Source: Pseudomonadota bacterium
Lineage (GTDB): Bacteria > Myxococcota_A > UBA9160 > JADFDR01
Assembly: GCA_003353845.1 (NCBI GenBank)
Contig: PIVT01000010.1
Coordinates: forward strand, 4,042 to 68,041
Direction of reading: 5' to 3'
DNA: 64,000 bases
Made by a program: the position numbers and the translations under genes. The notes beneath the pieces were generated by a model. That model was given only the letters and a program-made list of their open reading frames with translations, had not been told where the DNA came from and ran no database searches. This document shows, in pieces, positions 26,543-35,193 of this stretch (its first letter is position 1; every line of letters begins with the position of its first letter).

Positions 26543-28416
26543 TGTTTCAAGCGAAGTCGAATCGGTTGGATGGAAAAGTGTGCATGGTTACAGGACCGAC
26601 AAGTGGCATCGGTCGGGAAGTCGCTCTTGAGTTGGCTTCTCTAGGCGCGAAGCTCATCCTCGTAGGGCGCAACCCCGGTAAATGCGAGCAGTTAAAGCGG
26701 GACATCCTGGCTAAAGGTGGAGGAGCACCTGAAATTATTATCTGTGATATGGGATCAATCAAACAGGTGGCACAAGCGGCCCGGCAGTTCTTGGATCTGG
26801 GTTTGCCATTGCATGTCTTGGTGAATAACGCGGGTCTTTTAAATCAGAGACGAATTGAAACGGACGAGGGGCTTGAGCAGGCCATGGCTGTGAATTACTT
26901 CTCAGCTTTCCAATTAACGCTTTCACTTCTTGACTGTATGAAGAAAAGTGCTCCTGCGCGAATCATAAATGTTGCCTCAAGCAGTTATCCCTTGGGAAAG
27001 ATCAACTTTGAAAATCTGAACTTCGAAAGATCCTATGGCCCCATCAAGAGCTATGCGGCTTCGAAGTTGGCGACGATTCACTTCACTCGTTTGCTGGCTA
27101 AAAAACTTGAAGGCACGCGGGTCACTGCAAATGTTTATAATCCAAAAATGATCTACACCAATCTGGCCGTTAGCAACAACGAGGGTCCATTGGTGAAATT
27201 TGCTGATTTCTTCTGGAAGCGAATCGCGGAGCCCCTGGAGTTTGGGAAAGTCACACCCGTGTTTCTTGCAACGTCGCCTCGGGTGGCCGATGTGTCGGGG
27301 AAATTCTTTGAGGACTGCAGGCAAGTGCCCTTGAAAAAGAAGGCACTTGATGATCGGGTGGCGAAAAGGCTTTGGCACAGAAGTGAAGTGATTGTTAACG
27401 CAAGATCAGGGTCCGACACACCTCTTGAAGAGGGTGTGATTAATATCGGCATTCTAGGGGCGGCAAGAATCGCTCCCTTTGCTTTGTTGAAACCCGCCAG
27501 GTCGATTCTAGGCGTGAAGGCCTATGCGGTAGCCGAGGAGTACCAACCCACTGAAGCCTTGCAGGAATTTGCCATAAAGCATGACATCCCATACACGTAT
27601 CCTCGATTCGATGAGCTCTTGCAAGATGCTCAGATTGATGCCGTATACATTCCTCAACCGATCAGCATGCATGCAAAGTGGGTGCTTCAAGCCATTCGTG
27701 CGGGTAAGCATGTTCTTTGTGAAAAACCTCTCGCCGCCAATGCTGAAGAAGCGCAAGAAATACATGATGCTGCCCGGGGAACAGGCTTGGTCGTGAGTGA
27801 GGCCATGCATTTCTGCTATCACCCCATGGTTGATCGAGTAAAAGAAGTGATCGCAAGTGGGGAAATCGGAAGGCTTGAGCATATCGATGCCAGCTTCAGC
27901 GCCTTTCTACCCTTTAATGATTTCCGCTTTAACTACGATTTGGGGGGAGGCTGCACCATCGATATGGGTTGCTATCCCATCGGTTTTATCCGCGCAGTGA
28001 CAGGGATGGAACCCGAAGTGGTTTCCGCAAAGGCGGGTCTGCACGGAGACAAGATTGATCGATGGATGGATGCAGATCTGCAATTTGCGGATCAGAGCAC
28101 AGCCAAGATCTACATGGGGATGCGTTCTCGTAAAGTTCTCAGTGTTTCGATGAAGATCATCGGAGAGCGTGGGACTATCGACATTGTGAATTTCATCAAG
28201 CCCGAACTCTATCACCGGCTTGTGATTAAAACCGATCGGATGAAGCGCCGTGAAACCATTTACGGAAAATCAACCTATGCCGCTCAATTGGAGGCCTTTG
28301 TGCGGGCCGTCAAGACGAAAACTCCCATTTTGACTTCGACTGAAGATGCTGTGAAGAATATGCGCGTGATCGATGCGGTCTATTTAAAGGCGGGCCTTCC
28401 GGTACGTGGTAGTTGA
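26543..28416 (+). CDS. Fusion protein: N-terminal classical SDR plus C-terminal Gfo/Idh/MocA oxidoreductase
   Basis: The SDR half has TGPTSGIGREV, NNAG and YAASK. After ~300 aa the Gfo/Idh/MocA half has IGILGAARIA and HVLCEKPLA (EKP motif). The ATG at 26543 is preferred; the ORF-track start at 26446 overlaps the sulfotransferase. Confidence 0.8.
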
Positions 28417-28573
28417 TCCTGATTCATTGCCTCCGCGGCAGCAGCGATGAAGGCAAGTTGGAAATCGAAATTCCGTTTGTTATTGGGATTCGGAGGGTTA
28501 CCTTATTCCAAGGGGATGCACCGGGCAGCCCCTTTACCTGCGTAACCGAGAGAGCCTCTCCGGGAGCCGACCC

Positions 28574-29446
28574 TTGTTGAACGAACCCTCCATCGCCGTC
28601 TTCATCGATTTCGAAAACCTCGCCTTGGGCGTCCGCGACGTGAAAGGTGAAAAATCCTTCAAAATTGAGCTGATCTTGAAGCGACTGCTTCAGAAGGGGC
28701 GCGTGGTCTACAAACGCGCGTATAGCGATTGGAGCAGTTACCGCGGCGAAGTACAGGATTTTCACCGTCAAGGGATCGAGTTGGTGGATATTCCACAGAG
28801 TAAGATGAGTGGCAAGAACTCCGCCGATATCCGCATGGTGGTTGACGCCATCGACCTGTGTCACACCAAGGACAATATCGACATCTTTGCGCTGATTTCA
28901 GGCGACAGCGATTTCTCGCCACTGGTTTCCAAGCTGAAGGAGAACAACAAGCGCGTCATCGGCTGCGGCATCAAGAACTCCACCTCGAACCTGCTGGTCT
29001 CCAACTGCGACGAGTTCATCTACTACGATGACCTGGTTCGGGCCACCGCGGAGGCACCGCGCAAGAAGGACGCCAGCGCGAAACCCGAGAAGACGACCAA
29101 GACGACCAAGGTAAGCAAGGCCAGTAAGGTTACCAAGGCCAGCAAGGCGAAGCGGGCTGAAACCGACAAAAAGGCCGAGGCGGAGGGCAAGCCAGGCGCC
29201 GAGGAGCGCAATAAGGCGCTCATGCAGGTGGTGGAAATTGTTCGCTCCCTCCAGGCCGATTACGATCCCTTGTGGGGCTCCATGGTGAAGCAGACCATCC
29301 GGCGCGTGTACCCCGGCTTCAACGAGGTGTATTACGGATACAGCGCCTTTGCCGAGGTGTTGGAGGACGTCGAAGATTTGGGCTACATCGATTTGGAATT
29401 CGATCAGCACCGCGGGAATTACAAGGTGAGCCTCGTTCGTGACTGA
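28574..29446 (+). CDS. NYN (LabA-like) nuclease-fold domain protein with a Lys-rich linker and a C-terminal OST-HTH/LOTUS domain
   Basis: The NYN part has IAVFIDFENL and LISGDSDFSPLVSKLKENNKRVIG. The linker reads KPEKTTKTTKVSKASKVTKASKAKRAE. The C-terminal part reads LWGSMVKQTIRRVYPGFNEVYYGYSAFAEVLEDV. It starts at TTG. Confidence 0.8.
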   Translation: MLNEPSIAVFIDFENLALGVRDVKGEKSFKIELILKRLLQKGRVVYKRAYSDWSSYRGEVQDFHRQGIELVDIPQSKMSGKNSADIRMVVDAIDLCHTKDNIDIFALISGDSDFSPLVSKLKENNKRVIGCGIKNSTSNLLVSNCDEFIYYDDLVRATAEAPRKKDASAKPEKTTKTTKVSKASKVTKASKAKRAETDKKAEAEGKPGAEERNKALMQVVEIVRSLQADYDPLWGSMVKQTIRRVYPGFNEVYYGYSAFAEVLEDVEDLGYIDLEFDQHRGNYKVSLVRD

Positions 29447-29452
29447 CTGGCG

Positions 29453-29482
29453 CGCACCGAGGGCACTGTGGCCCTCGGTGCG
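29453..29482 (+). terminator. Stem-loop immediately downstream of the NYN gene (possible terminator)
   Basis: A perfect 12-bp stem (cgcaccgagggc / gccctcggtgcg) has a 6-nt loop and begins 7 nt after the stop. It is followed by ttctcgc rather than a clean U-tract. Confidence 0.45.
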
Positions 29483-29488
29483 TTCTCG

Positions 29489-29537
29489 CTAAAGACAAAC
29501 TAAAAGACAAACTAAAAGACAAACTAAAAGACAAACT
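29489..29537. repeat. Tandem repeat, 12-bp unit ctaaaagacaaa x ~4
   Basis: Read directly from the sequence: one 11-nt copy, three perfect 12-nt copies and a partial copy. It lies in the convergent intergenic gap between two stop codons. Confidence 0.9.
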
Positions 29538-29583
29538 CTCTAGTCTGGCGCAACGTCGCTACCAGGCATTTTTGTCTCGTTAC

Positions 29584-30069
29584 TTATTTCTGAGGTGCAG
29601 CAACGTCGGGTCGAACCAGTGGAATGATCCCTGCCAACTCGTAGTTGATGACGGAGTCGAGTTTGTTTTCGATTTGGAAGTAGCGCACCACCGTTTTGGG
29701 CGGCAGAACTTTATTGAATTTTTTGATGTACTTCGTTTTTAGTTTCGTTCTGTCGGCTTCGATCTTGAGCGAGGTCTTCAGCATCTCTTGGGATCGGTCG
29801 CCATCCAGTGTTTCGAACTCTTTGGCGAGATCGAGAATCAGGTTGGCGCGCTTGTCATTGAGCTTTCGTAAAGCTACTTGAAATTCATCGTATACTGGCC
29901 AGAACGCCTTGCTCTGCTCGTCGGTCAAGCTCAGATTGTTGGCAACGATCATCTTGCGTTCAACTTCGATAATGGACTGTGTAAGGGCGAGATTGTCCCT
30001 GGTTTCCCCGGCGAGTGCCGGTGACGCCACGAATACCGCTAATAAAATCGCAATGCCTAGACGCTTCAT
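29584..30069 (-). CDS. Small periplasmic all-helical protein (unknown function)
   Basis: It has the signal peptide MKRLGIAILLAVFVASPALA after a GGAGAAAG RBS (start moved from 30189). The product is helical and charged, with no Cys or His motif. Confidence 0.45.
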   Translation of the reverse strand: MKRLGIAILLAVFVASPALAGETRDNLALTQSIIEVERKMIVANNLSLTDEQSKAFWPVYDEFQVALRKLNDKRANLILDLAKEFETLDGDRSQEMLKTSLKIEADRTKLKTKYIKKFNKVLPPKTVVRYFQIENKLDSVINYELAGIIPLVRPDVAAPQK

Positions 30070-30240
30070 TCTTTCTCCTTCTTGCAGGTGAGGTGTCTCG
30101 AAAAAGTTCAGCGATTCTAATAGAAAGGCTTGCGGGATGTCTACCGATAAATCTCTCTGTTGAATATTCCTTGGATTAACGGTGTACACTTCTCTGAAGA
30201 AGTTCGTATCTAGTAGCCACTCTGCCTGGGCATAGGTGTT

Positions 30241-30933
30241 CTAAAGCTCAAACAAGATGACTACAAGCCCTGAGGTCGCCACCGCAACGCCCGCCAGGGC
30301 ATGTCCCCATTTCTCGGTCCAGCGGAAGGAGAGGCGTTCCAGCCCGGCCATTCCCAGGGCGGTCAGAGAAAGCATGGTTACGAGGGTAACCACACTGAAC
30401 ACGACGGCGGTCAGCAGCGCCAGGTCCCATAGGCCACGGCTCGCAGGCAAGATAAAGAGCGGCACCAAGGGTTCACAGGGGCCCAGAACAAAGACGAGCA
30501 AGAGCATCCAGAACGTCAGCGTGTCACCGTTCGTGTCGTCGTGTCCGTGTGGCTCGGATGCGTGTTGGTGAATATGGACGTGGCCCATATGCCTGTGCGC
30601 CTGCAGGTCTCGCTTGTTGCGCAATGCAATCCGCAGGCCCCACATGGCGTAGGCAAAACCAAAGGCCACCAATAGCCAGGCCGCCCAATCGCCACGCCAG
30701 GCTTGGATTTGATCGACGTTGGCGACGCTGGCACCGATGGCGAGGCCGGCGACACCGAGCAGGAGGGATCCCGCCACATGTCCCAGGCCGCAGATCCCGG
30801 CCACGGCCAGCGTGCGCGTCCAACTCCACTTGCGTGCGGCCGCCAGCATGAGGAAGGGAAGATAGTGGTCGGGACCCATGATCGTATGGAGAAATGCCAC
30901 ACCCGCGGCAGCGCTCAGCAATAATCCATCCAT
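30241..30933 (-). CDS. Metal (Ni/Co-type) permease-like membrane protein with a His-rich cytoplasmic loop
   Basis: It is a 6-TM-like protein. It has FLHTIMGPDHYLP in the first half and LGPCEPLVP in the second, with a central loop HRHMGHVHIHQHASEPHGHDD. It resembles the NicO/RcnA-type organisation; the family call is tentative. Confidence 0.5.
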   Translation of the reverse strand: MDGLLLSAAAGVAFLHTIMGPDHYLPFLMLAAARKWSWTRTLAVAGICGLGHVAGSLLLGVAGLAIGASVANVDQIQAWRGDWAAWLLVAFGFAYAMWGLRIALRNKRDLQAHRHMGHVHIHQHASEPHGHDDTNGDTLTFWMLLLVFVLGPCEPLVPLFILPASRGLWDLALLTAVVFSVVTLVTMLSLTALGMAGLERLSFRWTEKWGHALAGVAVATSGLVVILFEL

Positions 30934-30952
30934 TTTTCTTGCCTCAAAACCG

Positions 30953-31750
30953 CTACGCCAAGACGTAGTTTCCGATGAGTTCGCGAACCGCGGACAAGCC
31001 CGGCGAATCCGCGGGAAGATCGGTGACCGGCCGCCCGATGAGATCGTGTTCAGTAATGATCTCGTCGAAGGGAATCATCCCTGCGATGTCCAAATCCAAT
31101 TTTGCTGCCGCATCCCGCAAGAGTTCCTCGTTTCCTCGCACGCGGTTGAACACCAACCCGAGCTTCTGACACTCCATGATATTGTCGACGCGGATCATGC
31201 GTTGAATCACATCGGCGGTCTCCAGGCCACGCGCCGTCGGGTCGGTAATGATCAGCAAGCTGTGGAGTTCACGTACGACCTGTCGATTGATTTGCTCAAG
31301 TCCAGCCTCACCATCGATGAGGATGGTGTCGAAGTTCTTGGAGAGTGCCTCGATGGAACCGCGGAGCAGAGAGTTTACCGGGCAATAGCAGCCCAAGGTT
31401 TCCGTCCTGCCCATGGCCAACACGGAATAGTCGTCCGCCTCGGTCAGGGCCTCCAGCAGCATGTATTCGATCATGTCGCCGATATGAGCTTTTTCCTCTT
31501 CCTTGCCGCGCTTGGCGGTCTTGATGATCTCCTCGCGAACCTCACCCATGGTTCGTCGAACACTCACACCGAGAGCACTGAGAAGTCCCATGGCTGGATC
31601 CGCATCGATGAGCAACAGCCTGCCGGCTCGCCCATCTTCGACGAGTGCGCGCGCCATCATGGCGATGGAGGCGGTCTTACCCGTTCCGCCTTTTCCACAC
31701 ACTGCAATCAGCTTTTTTTCTTTTTCCATCGTTTCCACAGACTCCGACAT
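30953..31750 (-). CDS. cooC: CooC/AcsF-type nickel-insertion ATPase (MinD/ParA superfamily)
   Basis: It has a deviant Walker A (CGKGGTGKTA), a metal-bridging CxC motif (LGCYCPVN), and a size (265 aa) typical of CooC. Confidence 0.75.
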   Translation of the reverse strand: MSESVETMEKEKKLIAVCGKGGTGKTASIAMMARALVEDGRAGRLLLIDADPAMGLLSALGVSVRRTMGEVREEIIKTAKRGKEEEKAHIGDMIEYMLLEALTEADDYSVLAMGRTETLGCYCPVNSLLRGSIEALSKNFDTILIDGEAGLEQINRQVVRELHSLLIITDPTARGLETADVIQRMIRVDNIMECQKLGLVFNRVRGNEELLRDAAAKLDLDIAGMIPFDEIITEHDLIGRPVTDLPADSPGLSAVRELIGNYVLA

Positions 31751-31781
31751 AAAAACCTTCTTGCGTCTTCCCGCACCTTGT

Positions 31782-32603
31782 TTAAGGCACGCTCTCCGCG
31801 TTCACTTGATCCACTGGGTTGTCGACGACACGCAACTCGTCGGACTCTTCATCGGACGAGGTGCTGTGGACAATGTCTCGAATATCGTCACAGACTTCTT
31901 GATCATGGCAGGACGCGCAATCCACTTCACAGTCGATATCGAATCCGCGCTCCTTCCAGGTTTCCTTGATCATTTCCCGACCGATGCTTCGCGTCTCACT
32001 CACAATCAAGTCCAGACCTTTTACGTCTTTCTTCGAACTCGTGATGAAGATGATCTCCATGGCGCTAACGCTAGGTACCTTGGATTTTACGAGGCTCATC
32101 AAAGCGCGACCCAGAGTCTCGAAATCAAAACCCTTGGCACCGGCCTCCTTGCTCACTCGGGCCCAGATATGCTCTGAGGTGCTTCGCAACATATAGCCGT
32201 CGATGTGATCCCCGACGTGTTGTGAACCCTTCAGGCGTTCGTGATCTGCCGGCGTCAGCTTTGGACCCGATACCAGCAAAACCTGGCCAAAGGGTAGGCT
32301 GCCGCCCTCGGATTCAGGAATGTCCGGCCCGATGAGTGTCATTTTGCCGTCGCTCACCAGGGCGGAGTCGGTCGTCCAGAGCAGGTGTGAGGCCGACCCC
32401 ATCTCAGGATTCCCCAGTTCTGCGAAGGTATCTCCGCGCAAGATGATTCCTTGATTCGCGTTCACGCCGATCTGAACTGGCAAGCCTTCGCGAAGCTGTT
32501 CCGGGTCATTGGGGAACTGGAGGCTCTTCGCAGGCCTGTCCTGCTCTTGTAAGAGCTCGACGTAGCGGCAAACGCCCTCGATAAATTCATCGAAGGTTGG
32601 CAT
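31782..32603 (-). CDS. Truncated acetyl-CoA synthase (AcsB/CdhC middle-domain)-like protein with a C-terminal Cys4 motif and acidic tail
   Basis: It is colinear with my recollection of the ACS/CdhC pattern: FAELGNP.., GKMTLIGPDIPE, ..HIDGYML.....HIWARVSKEAGAKGFDFETLGRALMSLVK..., EIIFITS. That is followed by CEVDCASCHDQEVC. It lacks the C-terminal Cys-Gly-Cys Ni-site region. A GAGGTG RBS precedes the ATG at 32603. Confidence 0.55.
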   Translation of the reverse strand: MPTFDEFIEGVCRYVELLQEQDRPAKSLQFPNDPEQLREGLPVQIGVNANQGIILRGDTFAELGNPEMGSASHLLWTTDSALVSDGKMTLIGPDIPESEGGSLPFGQVLLVSGPKLTPADHERLKGSQHVGDHIDGYMLRSTSEHIWARVSKEAGAKGFDFETLGRALMSLVKSKVPSVSAMEIIFITSSKKDVKGLDLIVSETRSIGREMIKETWKERGFDIDCEVDCASCHDQEVCDDIRDIVHSTSSDEESDELRVVDNPVDQVNAESVP

Positions 32604-32656
32604 CAAGGCACCTCATGACACATCTCCATTCCAAACGGTTCAAGCACACAACGCGT

Positions 32657-33982
32657 CTAAGCGAGACCCATACCCTTGAAGAAGTCTGTAACTTTCTCCT
32701 TTACTTCATCAACACTGGTATATCGCTTATCAAAGAGGTCGAGACCGATGTGCATGAAGGGCACGCCCAGCTCACGACAGGTCTCACGCATGATACCTAT
32801 GGTGGCAGAGCCGTCTTTGTGCCCCATATGCCCGGGCCAGATCACGCAATCGATCCGGTAATCCGTCACCATGCGCCGAATGTCCTCCGAGAAATTCTCG
32901 GCTGTACTTCGCGCCTGGCGAATCATGGGAGCATCGAGCAGGTTGCGCTTGGCGAGATCGTGGAAGATCGTTTCTTCTGAGGACGTGTCAATCAAGGTGT
33001 ATGGGAAATTCCCAAACATATCCATCACGATTACCGCGCCAAATTCCGTCTCAAGCCAGGGCATGAACTCGAACACCCAGCCGTAGGGCATGATGTCGAA
33101 CCAGAGCAAGCGAATCTTCTCTGTCCAGCCCTCGGCGGTGTTCGCGCCCTGACCGGCCTTCACTCGTGCTTCGCCGCATTTATAGAGTTGCTCGAACCAT
33201 GCGGTACATCGGGGATCGCCTGCTACGAAGCATTGGCTGATGGCGAAGGCCTGCGCTCCACCGATCTCCCATCCGTGCGGGCTGGGGACATTGCGCCGCA
33301 ACTCATTATAGTCCTGCCACTTGCTATAGGTCTTATTGGACTCGTCACACACCGTGACGAGTTTGTCCATGTCCAAGGTCTTGCCTGTGTGCTCCTCCAA
33401 AAATTTCGACATACGCCGCAACTCATCGGCGAAATACTCCACCGCGCGCTCATCGGATTTATAGGGAGGATCACAGCTATAGATCGGGACATTTTTCCAG
33501 GCTTCATTGTGCTGGAGCACCTGATGCAGCATGGGCGCGCCGTCACAGGGGTAGAGCAGGCCGAGAACGGCCGTAGGCATGGGCATGAGCCCGTTCTCGA
33601 TGTAGTACATGGGGAGTCGAATGGCGGTGCATAGATCCGTCCCCAATCCCATTTCTTCCGCACCCTCGATATCGTTGATCAAGTAGGGTGCTGTCGCTGC
33701 CAGGAATGGCGTTTCCATAACCATGAACCAGGGCAGGTCCATAGCCGTGAACAGCTCCGGCGCGTTGCAGAAATAGCCACCGATGAAGGGCTTATCGTTT
33801 TCGACGCAGTCGACAACGGTTTCCTTGGAATCCAGAAGGATTTCAAGCAGCTTTGCTTGAAGTGCGTTTTCCTCTCCAGGCATCACCTTCGCTGCGCTGA
33901 GCAGCAGCTTGAAATAGTCTCGTTCTTCTTTGTATCGCGATAAGGACTTGGCCTTGATCTCTTCAATATCCATCTTTGCCAT
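32657..33982 (-). CDS. HGD-D family protein (2-hydroxyacyl-CoA dehydratase beta / BcrB-BadE-like subunit)
   Basis: It has conserved Cys contexts (GGYFCNAPE, TDLCTAIR, YPCDGAP) and a length and layout typical of HGD-D components. The start MAKMDIEE lies 5 nt after the upstream stop, with a GGAGAAC RBS. Confidence 0.75.
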   Translation of the reverse strand: MAKMDIEEIKAKSLSRYKEERDYFKLLLSAAKVMPGEENALQAKLLEILLDSKETVVDCVENDKPFIGGYFCNAPELFTAMDLPWFMVMETPFLAATAPYLINDIEGAEEMGLGTDLCTAIRLPMYYIENGLMPMPTAVLGLLYPCDGAPMLHQVLQHNEAWKNVPIYSCDPPYKSDERAVEYFADELRRMSKFLEEHTGKTLDMDKLVTVCDESNKTYSKWQDYNELRRNVPSPHGWEIGGAQAFAISQCFVAGDPRCTAWFEQLYKCGEARVKAGQGANTAEGWTEKIRLLWFDIMPYGWVFEFMPWLETEFGAVIVMDMFGNFPYTLIDTSSEETIFHDLAKRNLLDAPMIRQARSTAENFSEDIRRMVTDYRIDCVIWPGHMGHKDGSATIGIMRETCRELGVPFMHIGLDLFDKRYTSVDEVKEKVTDFFKGMGLA

Positions 33983-33986
33983 CAGT

Positions 33987-35141
33987 TTAGTTCTCCGCCG
34001 CTTCGAGCTTTTCCAAGAATGCTTGTACACGTGTTCTGAGTTGCCCTTTGCCGCTCAGAATGTATTCCCGATCAAGTGCCATGAAGGGGATGCCATCGTC
34101 TTTGAGGTCGAGATTCGTCATGTAATGTTCGACGAGCCACTGATCACAGAAGAGCAAGCGCTCGCCAATGATGCCGTCCACATTGAATTCCTTGGCCATC
34201 TCCCGCGTGTAGTCGATGCGACGTTCTTGATCGCCATACATTCGGGGGCAGGAGGGTCGATCGTAGATGTAGTAGCTCGCCAGGGCCTGTACCGGGTCGA
34301 GATTGTCTTCGTCCACGGGCCGCCACATCAACCGGGTACCGAAACAAGTGGAATCGGTAACGACGAGTCCCCCTTGTTCCTCGATGATCTTGATGTACTC
34401 GGGATCGTCGAGTTCGCCGCCCACGATCATGATTCGGGCTCGGTACTTCCCCGTCCCTTCGTGGCCGCTAAGGTCTTCGAGTAGTTCTTCCAGTAAAGCC
34501 TTGTACTGAGGTCTTGGCATGGCCGTGCCAGCCACCATGACGGCGAGGGTTTCCGTGCCGGTAATGGGCGGATTATCAACCTTCCTCAGCTCATACAGTT
34601 GCTTTTGTAAGCTGCGAATCTCATTGTGGAGCTTGATGGCATCACGCAGATTCTTATCCGTAATCTCTACTTTGAAGTGCTCTTCAATTTGACCCTTTAA
34701 AACATTGATTTCATCGCGGTACCAATCGATCTGAGGTTGCTCGATCTTGCGAGGAAGGCTCATGACCTCGACGAAGGGTGTCTTCAGGTGACGAATCCAG
34801 TTGTCGTAGATGCGCCGGACGTGATCACAGCTGTTGATGCAAATCAGACCGTCGAGAAAATCATATTCGCCCTTGAGAGCTTGATTCATCGTATGCCGAG
34901 GGAAGCTGCAGTTGATGGCGCTGAAGCAGGAGTCCGAGAGTTCCGTCCCCGTGCTCCCCGTCCCGCGCATTCGGAAGGGCATGATCCCAGCTGCCGTGAA
35001 AATCTCTTCGGGTACCGTCGAGCAGAAAAAACCGGCGACCTTGCCACCCTGTTCCTTCCACGCTTCGATCTCGGGATTGAGAATACAGCTACTGGCCTGA
35101 ACAAACTTGTCAAATGCATCCGACTTGATCGACGTTTCCAA
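33987..35141 (-). CDS. HGD-D family protein (2-hydroxyacyl-CoA dehydratase alpha / BcrC-BadD-like subunit)
   Basis: It has GFFCSTVPEEIFTAAG, INCSFPRH and INSCDHVRR, plus a C-terminal FCDQW... pattern typical of HgdA/BcrC. It starts at TTG with an AAGGAG RBS. Confidence 0.8.
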   Translation of the reverse strand: METSIKSDAFDKFVQASSCILNPEIEAWKEQGGKVAGFFCSTVPEEIFTAAGIMPFRMRGTGSTGTELSDSCFSAINCSFPRHTMNQALKGEYDFLDGLICINSCDHVRRIYDNWIRHLKTPFVEVMSLPRKIEQPQIDWYRDEINVLKGQIEEHFKVEITDKNLRDAIKLHNEIRSLQKQLYELRKVDNPPITGTETLAVMVAGTAMPRPQYKALLEELLEDLSGHEGTGKYRARIMIVGGELDDPEYIKIIEEQGGLVVTDSTCFGTRLMWRPVDEDNLDPVQALASYYIYDRPSCPRMYGDQERRIDYTREMAKEFNVDGIIGERLLFCDQWLVEHYMTNLDLKDDGIPFMALDREYILSGKGQLRTRVQAFLEKLEAAEN

Positions 35142-35193
35142 TATACAGCTCCTTCATGCGGGAAGAGTGACGCCCGCGCATCGTTATTCCGTA

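Noticed and set aside
29489-29537. The tandem repeat considered as a possible CRISPR array.
   Set aside because: The units are 12 bp and directly abutting, with no spacers. No cas genes are present and no repeat of CRISPR length exists anywhere in the window.
30878-31969. A 363-aa plus-strand ORF across the CooC/permease region. Similar long antisense ORFs occur at 8773..9438, 42198..43046, 45831..46553, 49543..50142, 58971..59495 and 60586..61206.
   Set aside because: Each overlaps a motif-supported gene on the other strand. Their Arg/Gly/His-rich, low-complexity translations are typical of antisense frames in GC-rich coding DNA.
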